DNA of 64,000 nucleotides from Eledone cirrhosa (Eukaryota): NCBI GenBank assembly GCA_964016885.1, contig OZ024741.1, positions 90,768,001 to 90,832,000 of the forward strand, read 5' to 3'. Shown piece by piece: positions 1 to 13,605 of this stretch (position 1 is its first letter; each line of letters starts with the position of its first letter). The notes under the pieces were generated by a model. It saw only the letters and a program-made list of their open reading frames with translations, ran no database searches and was not told where the DNA came from. The position numbers and the translations under genes were made by a program.

Positions 1-1731
1 GCTGCTTCTGATTCAATTTTATGAAGCACAGTCTCTCCGACTCCACCTTTGCAGCCATGTCAACTAAAAACTGGTGAAACAGTTCCCGTGACCTGTGCAG
101 GATGCTGAAATCGTTAGGCCTCGTCATGAAGCGGTATGAGTATAAACCCATACATGAAACAGTTTTAGATGTCGCAGCAGTGGGCTCGTTTGGTTTGCGC
201 TGAGGAATGCCGAAATGGTACCCGTCTTCTCCGTATGCAAAAAGAAGGGGATACTGCAGGGCGTCGTATGAACAATGCGTCTCATTAATACGTCGAAGAC
301 CACTGTCACGGCTTTGAAGAACTATGTCTCGCTTATTGTGCTGTTCACCATGGATAACTACGGCCACTTCATTGCACTAAGGAGCGTTATAACGGCGTGC
401 GTGCTCCCCAGAAGGTCTTTTGTCAGCATCGATGACAATGGTGAAGGAGTTGTTTCCAAGGCGTATTTGAAACTGCGAATATAACTGTTGTGCTCATGAA
501 GTATGTTTTGAAGACCGAGCAGCACGTCCCTGTCAAAAGTGTCAGCGTCAGTGTTTGGAGGTGTTGGAATAACTCCGAACCGCGCACCAACTTGCCTACT
601 GTAGTTAGAAATGAAGTAAATGTGAAGGAACGAAGGCTTGCAATTTTGTAGTGGCTGGAGCGACCCAATAAGATGGTACACCTGCCCCTGGACCATGAAA
701 GTAGGAATCCAAACACTTTCTCTGACAACGTTAGCCCCGAAAGAAGTCATTTGAAACGCACAATTGTACTTCCTGATGAGTTGAAGGAATTTGGATGAAC
801 TTGAGGTAGAACCAGTAAGTAGTTCCTTCAAAGGCTCTGGCGGTTCCCCAAGAGGGGGCAAGCTGACCTTACCGTTTAAGCAGCACATTGCAGGTGGCTC
901 CCCAGACCACTTTTTAGCATTGCAAAATTGGCAATTGAAGCGCATTTCCCCTATATTTATGTCGGCGCGCATCGAGTAGTTAACGTTGGGCTCATACTTG
1001 AAAGCCCGTAGGTGCCAGTATGGGCTGTTGGGACTCGTCACACCGCAGGCAGCTTCTCGTCGTCGACTGTTCCGCTCCAACGTAGAACGTTGCTCTTGTG
1101 AGACGTGGGAAGCTCTCGCAGCAGTAGCAGAAGCCACCCTTGCAATCCTAATGGACCGCCCGTCTGCATCTTCAGAAGCCATGGAAGAAGTCATAGCCGC
1201 AGCGTTCCTAGCAAGGCGAGTCGTCCGCCGTTCCAAACCTTCCGAAGCCCTGGAAGCAGCAGTAGCCGCAGCGTTTCTAGTCAGTCGAGTCGCCCTTTGT
1301 TCCGGGCCCTCTGAAGCCCTGGAAGCAGCAATAGCAGCAGCGTTTCTATTCAGGCGATTCGACCATTTTTGCAGGCCCTCTGAATCCCTGGAAGCAGCAG
1401 TAGCAGCAGCGTTTCTAGCCAGGCGAGTCGACCTTTGTTCCGGGCCCTCTGAAGCCCTGGAAGTAGCAGTAGAAGCGGTGTTTTTTGAATGACGTATCGC
1501 CCGCTCTGAATCGCACATCGCAGCACGTCTCGAGGCGTCGTATGAAGCCATCTTGGCTAGGCGTGCGGTGCGTTGTTGAAAACGTTCAGCAGCTCTGCAT
1601 TCCGCTGAACGTAAGGCGCTCTGTGAAAGTCTTAAAGCAGTTTCCTCGGGGGACTCGTTTGCTGTAATTGCCCTCTGCGCCGCCGCTGACGCGGTATGGC
1701 GACCGAGGCGACATCTCTTTTTAGGTGGCAT
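1..1731 (-). pseudogene. Helitron Rep/helicase protein N-terminal region, frameshifted; likely start MPPKKR at 1731
   Basis: ORF 358..1962 plus the downstream frame. Contains an NLS-like MPPKKR start, 22-aa repeats, a CxxC..CC zinc motif and Helitron_like_N motifs. Confidence 0.85.
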
Positions 1732-1987
1732 TTTATGTGAAAAAGAAATTGTGAAAGATACTTCTACAGCAAAATTGCCTTTGAAAGTATAACGCTGAAA
1801 ACTTGAGGCGTTCCGCAGGGGAAAACGGGAGAACGAACGGCAAATATAATAACTCACAGTTTGTTGAAAGTGCGCTTCTGTCAGCAAGTGGAAGTTGTTT
1901 GGCCAAAAATCCCTATGTTTGTTTGTTTTTTCAATCAATAAACGTTTAAATATATTATACACAAAATGTAATTGGGTGTGAGTTGGA

Positions 1988-2380
1988 TGAGAGATGTTTT
2001 AAAAAAGATTTTTCGCTATTTTTGTTGTTGTTGAATAAATATATCTGTTGCTTTTGAATAATTCTTGTTTGGTATGAAATGTAATAAGTTCTCTTCATTG
2101 TCATTGAAGTAAATACAAGTTTGACCGTTCCACACTCGAAAACAAACGTTCTCTCTGTCTCTCTCATGTTTGTTGAGAGATGTTTTAAAAAAGAACTTCC
2201 ACGTTCGTAGAGAGATTTTTTAAAAAAGATTTATCGATATTTTTTGTTGTTGTTGAATAAATTTATCTGTTTCTTTTGAATAATTCTTGTTTGGTATGAA
2301 ATGTAATAAGTTCTCTTCGTTGTCATTGAAGTAAATAAATGTCGCGTTCCTAACACATACAGAAACAAACGTTATCTCTC
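1988..2380. repeat. Direct duplication (~190 bp) in the Helitron 5' non-coding region
   Basis: ttgttgttgttgaataaat..ttgaataattcttgtttggtatgaaatgtaataagttctcttc..gaagtaaata occurs at ~2022-2113 and ~2244-2335. Confidence 0.85.
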
Positions 2381-3812
2381 TCTGTCTCTCACTCTCTCGC
2401 TCACTTCGTTCACTCCTTTCTTTTTTTCTCTCTCTCTCTCTCCTCCATTTCTTTATCTCTTCTTTCTACCACGTTCCTAAAGGAAGTTTTTAAGGAGAGG
2501 GTTTTAAGTGTATATAAGAGAAAGTTGCAGCATGTATGTATTTTTTTCGATTTTTAAGGGGAGTAGAGAGAGGAAATCAGATTGTATTAGAGGCATAAAG
2601 CGTCAGTTATTTAGTTTTATCGATTATTTCCGTAATTGAGTGTGAGTTGAGAAAACATAAATAGTCGTTGAGCTAAGTTAGACCATTTACAACATACTTA
2701 CAGACTTTGAGTCGAATTGGTTTGAAATTGTGCAAATGTATAAACATGGAACATGCACACACACACACAACAACAATCTGCCTTTTATAGATAATGATGC
2801 AAGTACCAGTAGCCAATTATTTAGTCTCTTTCTGGTACCTTTCTATTATGTAACTTTCTCACAGATTTAGGGAATGTTTATAAGTCGTTATTGTATGCTA
2901 TATTGTTGATACAGTATTTCTTCCTGTTTGTATATACATCCTTGAATCATTAGAGTTGAAATTATTCTTTTCTAGGTCTTAGACTAAACTTTTATAATTT
3001 TTATTCTTTCTTTTATCTTCCGGTATAAAACTTATGAATTAACGGTAAACTGTAGTCAATGATGGTTTCTTGACATTGTCAGTTTCTCATTTAATCTTTT
3101 TGATACCAACGCAGCTAAATTGGTTCTGAATCTATGAAACAAAACCATACACGTTAAAGTGCGTTTAAATCAAAATTTTACATAAGAATCATACGTTAAG
3201 TTATCTTAGTAATGAAATAATTAATGATTTTTTAATTTCCTTCAAAACTTTTCATTAACTAATTGAAATAGCGTATATTTCATTAGAAATATAACGAATT
3301 GGTTAAATGTGTTGGTTCAAAATGACAGCGGTTGTATACAGTTAGATAGTCACTATTTAATACACATCTCTTGCAATATTGTTGATAACTTTTAATGGAA
3401 GGGTCCGTTTTCTTTTATTAGACTCTCGATAGTTCTGGGAATATAGAGATATCTCCTTAAACATTGATTGTAAATTGATTTGAAGTTGTATATATTATAA
3501 AATCGTCATTTCGTTTCACTCTTTACTTGGAGAGGAAAATACAGTGCCCATTACACTTTTCAAAGTATACGATACCGGTGGGTGGGAGATAACAAAGTAT
3601 CCACAAACGGAGGACCTGGCCCGAATGCTTGCAACAGAGTGGATTCATCTAAAGTCACCAAAAAACCCGGTGTTGATGTTGAACTGGGCCATAGCTTACG
3701 TCTATCATGCAAGTAAGCCACAGCAGGATTTGAACTTAGAACGAAGAGTGTTGCAACAAATGTTTCTAAAGACATTGTCAATTGGCTGTCTCTGTTGAAA
3801 TTGTTTTATACA

Positions 3813-4060
3813 GTGGTGGTGAATTGCCAGAATCGTTAGAACGTCGTATAGAATGCTTTATGGTATTCGTTCCAGCTCTCTGCTCTCTGAGTTCAAATCC
3901 TAACGAGGTCAACTTTGCCTTTCATCTTTTCGAGGTCGATAAAAAGTACCTGTCTAGTACTGGCGTCTCATTTCCTCTCTCTCACTTTCCATCTTTCTCT
4001 GGAAGAAATCTGCTGTACTCATCTGCCTAAGAAACGTCGTATGTCAATATGGCGTCCATA
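3813..4060 (+). mobile_element. tRNA-derived SINE, family A, with extended 3' tail
   Basis: B-box-like gagttcaaatcc followed by gaggtcaactttgcctttcatc..gtcgataaaaagtacc, a core repeated many times in this window. Confidence 0.8.
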
Positions 4061-4724
4061 CATACATATGAATTGTTATTATTGGTTTTGATACAGAGAT
4101 GTATGAATTGCTGTTGCTGTTGAGTCACATGTCTACTTTGATTGATTAGTTCTAATCGGAGTAACGTGGATTACATCATTTTTATTTGTTAATCCAATCA
4201 TTTCAACCATAACCTTTTTCCAATGTACAGGGAAATCATAATATGTTGTCCAACATATCCTTTTTGAAAGACGGTATTATGTAATTTGAGGAAGATTTGA
4301 ATTCTATTTCTATCTGGTGATGACGATGTCATTACAAGAGTTGACATGACCATTTCTATCTACAGTGTAGAGTAACGAAAGATACTTCTTAGTTTAATTT
4401 CGAAATGTTTTGAGTTTCTTGTGGATTTTGTCCCAGTAATTCTTTATCCAATTCATAAAACCATAAAGAAAAATTTTGTTTTAAATTTAAAAGCTAATGA
4501 GATGAATTGAATTTAAGAGAACAATATTTATGCCATTTTCGATTGCTCACAATATTTGTTGATTTTATTGGTCCCAATGCTGGTCACGATAATTTCAGTT
4601 ATACTCCATGTGATAAAAACTATTTTATGTAATCAGGGTCTGAATAAGGTTAAAATGTTCAGCTTTTTGTTTTGTTTTTCCATTTATATAACAGAAAAAA
4701 TGAAAGTTACAGATTTTGACAGCA

Positions 4725-4896
4725 TATTGGCAGAGTTGTTATGACGTTAGATTAAAATTACCTCGGTATTTCCGGTTCACTGAGCTCTGCGTTCAAATCC
4801 CACCGAGGTCAACTTTGCCTTTTATTCTTTCGAGGACGATAAATAAAGTACCAGTTCAGTACTGGAGTTAGTTCTTCTATCCCTCTTTATTCCTCA

Positions 4897-4931
<35 letters not shown>

Positions 4932-5075
4932 GTATCTCACTCCCTATCACTCCCTGGAAGATATTGGCTGTGTTCCAGCCAGTAAAGGGATGAGCTCCGC
5001 CAGCTTTAAAAGCTCTAGACATAACGTGTTTCCAGACAACGCCCTCATAACTCCATTAGGAGTTGGAGGCCCTTT
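4725..5075 (+). mobile_element. tRNA-derived SINE, family A, with extended 3' tail
   Basis: gttcaaatcccaccgaggtcaactttgcc..gataaataaagtaccagt, then ctggaag..ctgtgttccagcc..agggatgagctccgcc tail. Confidence 0.8.
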
Positions 5076-5226
5076 AGATCGGCTAATTGTAAAATGTCCA
5101 AACACAATTTTGAAATATATTTTACGCCTAAACGCTTGTTGCTGAAATGACCATCTTATATATGTGTATGCAAGAAATGTTTCATATAAAGTAAAATGCT
5201 TGACTTTGCTCTTTTTTCTCTTTCAG

Positions 5227-5477
5227 GAATCTGTTTCACTGTACAAGATGTGACAACTGAAGAAAATTGCAAATGTAAAATGTGTCCAGCTTCGATTGAT
5301 GCCCGAGCTCACTGTGAATGTTGTGTATGGCATTATCTGGGGAAAAGACAATCGATTAATTCCAATGAAGAACTTGACAATTACGTTTTGCAATTAGCGA
5401 CAGATAAAACCACACAACTTGAACTAACAAAACGTCATTTCGTTATGACAAGAATGCGAACCAGGGCAGATTATTAA
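5227..5477 (+). CDS. Candidate terminal exon of a secreted Cys-rich amidated peptide precursor (neuropeptide- or toxin-like)
   Basis: Strong acceptor (ctttgctcttttttctctttcag|G, phase 1). Encodes ICFTVQDVTTEENCKCKMCPASIDARAHCECCVWHYL-GKR-QSINSNEELDNYVLQLATDKTTQLELT-KR-HFVMTRMRTRADY*. AATAAA at 5656 and 5660. Upstream exon not located. Confidence 0.6.
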
Positions 5478-6041
5478 GCAAATACTTAAGTATAATAAAA
5501 TATGTGTATATATATCTATATATACACAAATGAAAAAAAAATGGGAAAAACATGTATATTTTCTTAGCTGAAGAATTGGTTTCTCTGCGTTAATTTGTAA
5601 TGAGACATAAACCCTAAATATGAATAATGACAATTCTTTAATATATAAAGAAATGAATAAATAAAACGTAGTTTTAAAAGATAGTTGCTAAGTAAATGTA
5701 GTGGAATATCTTTCCAAACTATATGTCGGAATAAACAATGTTCCATGCTATGGGAATCTGAGTTTATAGATTCTTATGAAAATATTCTTCCACTATTTTT
5801 CGTTCTAACATCAAAATATTACCAGTTGCAATATTTTCCTTTATTAAAACAAGTCAACCACAGGAAGACGACATCGCCTTTCACTTTCAGACACACGACG
5901 TCTTCTGGTTTACAGATGTGCAGTTTCTTCTGACTTTACTATCATTACTAGAAATACCTTCATTCTTTATAGGTAGGTGGTCCCATGCCACCTGCACTCA
6001 GACACTCCTAAACATCAGAATGGTGACCGTGCAGACATTGT

Positions 6042-6148
<107 letters not shown>

Positions 6149-6149
6149 T

Positions 6150-6282
6150 CGAGGTAAATAAATGTATTCTCTTTCTCCTAGTTTATTTTACACCTAATTC
6201 TGTTTAATTGACTGTATATCTGGGCGATTACGCTGTCGAAATATTCGATAAATATTCCGTCGCAGCCGACGCGAAGGGCTAG
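6150..6282 (+). mobile_element. Probable Helitron 3' terminus
   Basis: GC-rich hairpin cgtcg-cagc-cgacg followed by CTAG|T at 6279-6283. Confidence 0.5.
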
Positions 6283-6317
6283 TTTCGGTTATTTGTTGGA
6301 GATTTCTTCATAGAAGC

Positions 6318-6385
6318 CTTATTCTTATAGCTTATTCTTACAGCTTATTCTTATAGCTTATTCTTATAGCTTATTCTTATAGCTT
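6318..6385. repeat. 13-bp minisatellite (cttattcttatag) x5
   Basis: Direct reading. Confidence 0.9.
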
Positions 6386-6955
6386 GGGTAATTATGCTAA
6401 TTGGGAGAGGAAATGGTATATATTTTATCTTGTGATTCTATAGACATGTTTTATGATATATCCACTATCATTAAGGGATTCTCTAATTCGAATAAAACGA
6501 TTAGCGTAAACAAACCATTCTTGGAAGTTAGTCCGATTAATATGTTATTGATTCTTAATCGAACTAACTGCCAAGAATGCGTTATTGACGTAAATCGGTT
6601 TATCCGATACAGTGAAGAGCTTATATTTATACGAGATCTACATGGACAGTTTTAGATGGGTTTCCAGCGGTTGATGAAATTCAATTAAAGCACTGAAACT
6701 CCATGGAAATCTTATGCAACATTAAAGTTTATTTAACTCAGTTTAACTTACATATGCACTGTTGGCTAAATTTCTTTTAGTATAGTACATGACATTACAT
6801 CAAATGATAACTTATATTTGTATGTGAGTGTGCGTTTGAGTGTATACATATGTATATATATGTATATATATATGTATATATATATATATGTATATATATA
6901 CACATACATATATTAACCACATACACAAATATATATATATACGTAAGTGTATAGG

Positions 6956-7064
<109 letters not shown>

Positions 7065-8116
7065 AATAGCTTGGTGTTGAATTTGTCTGGCAAGTGACTT
7101 GATCTGACACCATGTGTTGAAACTAAAACAATTACAGCTCGGGGAGACATTTTATTTATTCTATATATCACTGCATCAGTGACGAGGTCGCAGACATTGT
7201 TACGAATCCTTTGACGCAAAGAAATAAACGATGAATATGAAGTGACGGTAACAGCTTTTGTGTGTTTTTGAATGGATAAGTCCAATTTTCCAGATTGTAG
7301 TTGCTTTACATAAATATCCCAAGATGACTGGCTACCTTTTCCTCCGTTTTCGTTTTATTCGCGTCGGTGTTTTTTTTTTTCTTCTTTCTGCAAATTAACC
7401 TCTCTAAGCTCTATTTCTATTTTACGTTGAAGGACTAACGCCCCGATGTCCCAAACATTAAGATTATCTTCCAGATCTGTGGAGCATTTGTAGCATTCTT
7501 ATATTGTATTGTTCTTTTGTGCCGTTTTTCTTGTTGATTTTCTTTAATATAAATACCATCAGTAGCAGCGACAGCACCATCATCGTTCGACAGCATAGTA
7601 CACTGACGGACACAATTCTCAAATAAACATCGCAACTTATATAATTTTATATAATCGGTTGTAACACAGTGCTTGAGGGAATATCTGTAACCATCAATGG
7701 GATTTGAACTCAAATCAAAAGGAGCGGGAAAAAATATTACAAATAGTGTATTCGACATCATAACAATTCTGCCAGACACACACACTAACACCCCCCCCCC
7801 CACACACACGCACATACAAGTGATACTTTGCGTGTAAGTGCCACTCTTCTTCTCTCTCTGTACCACATAAAATCTTCGCTTTTCAAGAGGGCACACTAAC
7901 AACACCATGAGATTTCTCTCCTGTCAGTATTTTCCCGTTTTCTTTCATCTATCTTACTCTGACTTAATCCATATTTTCTCTATTTCATTCTATTTTCCAA
8001 TGACGGATACTAGCATCTGAAACTCTTTTCAAACTATGTAAATTGTTAAACTAATTAGCCATCATTGGATTTATTCAACTATTAATTTTGAGCTCTACGG
8101 ATATATATATATATTT

Positions 8117-8491
<375 letters not shown>

Positions 8492-8522
8492 GCTTATGTA
8501 ATAAACAACATAAGATAATTAT

Positions 8523-8583
8523 TTCATTTACCAGTGGTTTCTTTAAGACAGATGTTGTGTCTGTCTTCAGTCGTCAGAATGAA
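8523..8583 (-). ncRNA. Type I hammerhead ribozyme
   Basis: Minus strand: ttcatt CTGACGA ct-gaagacaga cacaaca tctgtctt-aaa GAAA cc act gg TA aatgaa. Stems I, II and III all pair; GUA cleavage triplet. Confidence 0.75.
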
Positions 8584-8686
8584 TAAAAAACATGGTGTAT
8601 TTATTAAATATGGATTTGAAAACAAAATTTAGGAAATATGAAAGTGAGGCTGAAAAAAACGGGCGAAAAGGAAATAGGGGGAAAAA

Positions 8687-8718
<32 letters not shown>

Positions 8719-9002
8719 ATAAAAATAAATATCCAGAACGTAAACATACACACACTCAACTACGCGTATATACTAAAAAGTACGTAGACTTATACGTTCT
8801 CACATAAGCGTATTTGCGTCTACATAGAAATACGGACAGGAACATAAATACATACACATACATATACACAGATATATACATAAATACATACACATATATA
8901 TACACAGATATATACACTCAAAAGTGTACACACAGATATGGGCAGTAGTAAGGAAGCAGGAATAAATAAATAAATAATAAGAAAAAATACAAAAAATATA
9001 TG

Positions 9003-9079
<77 letters not shown>

Positions 9080-9080
<1 letters not shown>

Positions 9081-9274
9081 GGAAAAAGTATGACCCCGAC
9101 GGCAGAGCTCAAGCCGTTTCGACAGCTATTTCTAGTCCAGGAATAGCCGTCGAAACGGCTTGAGCTCTGCGTCGGGGTCATACTTTTTCCTATTTCCCAC
9201 TCTGCTACCCTAAGTATTGAGTACTCTGGTGCGTTATGATCCATCTGGTTCCTTACCACAATTCCTTTGTTATT

Positions 9275-9275
<1 letters not shown>
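9080..9275. repeat. Palindromic element made of two hammerhead 3' halves; family also at 25340-25490 and 36255-36420
   Basis: aggaaaaagtatgaccccgacggcagagctcaagccgtttcgacagctatt / aatagccgtcGAAACGGCttgagctctGCGTCggggtcatactttttcct. Confidence 0.8.
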
Positions 9276-9314
<39 letters not shown>

Positions 9315-9349
9315 TAGATAAATATACACGGGTGTGTATGATTGTGTAT

Positions 9350-10674
<1,325 letters not shown>

Positions 10675-10899
10675 AAATTAAGATAAATTGAATTAAATTA
10701 AATTAAATTAAATCAAATTAAATTAGCATCTGGCTACTGTCGTTTACCAATCGATTAATTGGTGAAATATATTTCTTTAATGGAATATATACGGGGAAGA
10801 TTAATCAAATTATAAGGTATCTATTTTTGAAGTTCTAGTTAAACTTTATTTAGTTACCTACCTAGCTATGTGTGCTTACACACTTTTACAAATTATCCC

Positions 10900-10947
10900 C
10901 TGTGATTGTTTCATATGTTTATTTATATGTCAATCAATTTCTAGTTG

Positions 10948-10996
<49 letters not shown>

Positions 10997-11245
10997 AAAG
11001 TAAAGATCAAAATCAAAAACAAAATAAAGTAAAAAAAGGGGGATGTGTTGACAACGAAAGGTGTATGTGTGTGTGGGGGGGGGGGATAAAAACAACTTAA
11101 ATATAAACAAATACACAAGATATGCATATACATATATATATATACATACATACACATATACATGCATACATACCTATACACACATGCAAACACACACACG
11201 TATATATGTGTATATAATAAAAAAAATATACTTACATGTGCATAC

Positions 11246-11277
<32 letters not shown>

Positions 11278-11623
11278 ATGTGTGTGTGTATGTGTGTGTA
11301 TATGTGTATATATATACACATATATACACATATACACACACATACACACACATATATACACACATATATACAAACATATACACACATATCTACATGCATA
11401 CACATACAAAAAACTACAATAAATTAGATATATGAATCTCAAAGGTACATAACCCACGTACATACGTACACATACGCGTGCGTACACACGCACGCAATAA
11501 GAAACCAACACACGCATACAAATAAACATATACGTAAATCCATACACACATATATACATATATATACACATATACACAAAACATATATACAAACACATGC
11601 ATACATATATATAAATACATATA

Positions 11624-11689
<66 letters not shown>

Positions 11690-12172
11690 AACACACATAT
11701 ATATATATACACACGCACACACACATACATATAAATATAAAAACACGTATATATATAAGTACACATAAGCCTGTCTGCATATGCGCCCACATATATCCTT
11801 ATGTGAGTACACTTAAAAATCTAGTGGGTAAGTAAGGACAAAGGGGAGTAAAACTGAAAAAGAAAAACAAAAAAAAACAATTATTAAGAACAGGTAAGGA
11901 AGAAAAGGGGTGTAAAAGTTGTAGTAGAGAGTAAGTGTCTGGATAAGGGTATATAGTTAAAAAGTGATCTGGGTAAAGGATAAAGGTGGTGGGTGTGTAT
12001 GTATATGTATGTGTATGTATTTATGTATATATCTGTGTATATGTATGTGTATGTATTTATGTTCCTGTCCGTATTTCTCTGTAGACGCAAATACGCTTAT
12101 GTGAGAAAGTATACGTCTACGTACTTTTTAGTATATGCGCGTAGTTGAGTGTGTGTATGTTTACGTTCTGGA

Positions 12173-12228
<56 letters not shown>

Positions 12229-12240
12229 TATATAGAGAGA
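10900..12240. repeat. Degenerate (TA)/(CA) low-complexity tract
   Basis: Direct reading. Confidence 0.9.
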
Positions 12241-12504
12241 GAATAGAACGAAACGAAATTTCATTTATCACTCTTAGTACGGCACTTACTTAAATTTAAG
12301 TATGTATGTATGTATACGTACATACATATATGTATACAGACGTACAGTAGTATTATATATATACATACATGCACACATATATATGCACGTATCGGTTTAC
12401 CGAACATTTATTATAATGCTCGGTTTGTTTGTTTGTAAACAAACAAACAGCCCGTACGGTGTTTAGGCAACCACGTCACCTTTTTGTTCAACACTGACAC
12501 AGAA

Positions 12505-12547
12505 ACGATGTACTAGTTTCAAGCTTATTAGCTATCGTCAGCATCGT
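12505..12547 (-). ncRNA. Minimal type I hammerhead ribozyme in a ~400-bp repeat (12245-12660; homologous to 55209-56000)
   Basis: Minus strand: acgatg CTGACGA t-agct aata agct-t GAAAC ta GTA catcgt. Perfect 6-bp stem I; palindromic ACTAGT. Confidence 0.85.
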
Positions 12548-13120
12548 ATACCTTCCTGCCAGATGGTTGAACGTCTGAAAGTATATACTCACTCGATATG
12601 CAAATTAGGCTGCTCAGCCGTTAATATGCATAAGGAAAGTATAAGATTAACGTAGTTTAAGTTCTCGTTTAGTTTGTGAAATGGATAATGAAGACATGTG
12701 TTAAGGTTTAATGTTACATCTAGAAAGTTAACTATTTTATTCTCTATTTCTACTTTTAGATTAAGGTAATTAAAGAATTGTATAAATTATTTTCTTTTCC
12801 TATTTAATTCACAGTTATTATTTTCGATAAGTAATAGCATGCCGTCACGATATAAACCTCCGGTCATCTCAGGTATTTTCCTATGTAGAGAATTATTTAT
12901 AATTATTTATATGATTTTATAAATTATTTATAATTATTTATATGGTTTTATAAATATAGTTTCCATTTGTTAATATATCGTATTTTTACTCCAATAATTT
13001 GTTGAGTGCTTTATATCAGTTATAAAAATATTTGCTTGTTGTATCCCAACAATTTAAATAGAACTTCTACATATATATACACACATATATATATATATAT
13101 ATACGTGGGAAAGTAAATAC

Positions 13121-13512
<392 letters not shown>

Positions 13513-13605
13513 TTTTTCTTTATACTTTCACGCGTATTGGACACCTCGGTTATTTTTCATTTTGTAAAAAAAACCTTACTTTCTAATAATAATAATAATA
13601 TAAGT

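Larger units (their letters stand above)
1..2791 (-). mobile_element. Helitron (rolling-circle transposon), 5' part; continues beyond the left edge of the window
   Basis: Minus-strand ORF has Helitron Rep-helicase N-terminal motifs (CQFCNAKKW..E..MCCLNGKV, IRKYNCAFQMTSFG, FMVQGQVYHLIGSL, LHEHNSYIRSFK). After a frameshift near 430 it continues HARRYN..EVA..RDIVL..YDALQYPLLF..GEDG..LFHQFLVDMAAKVESERL. Candidate 5' terminus A|TCTATAAAAGG at 2791. Confidence 0.92.

Noticed and set aside
986-1492. 168-aa plus-strand ORF
   Set aside because: Antisense shadow of the Helitron 66-bp repeats.
4556-4744. Hydrophobic ORF as the signal-peptide exon for the 5227 exon
   Set aside because: TTG start and no convincing phase-1 splice donor; cannot be supported.
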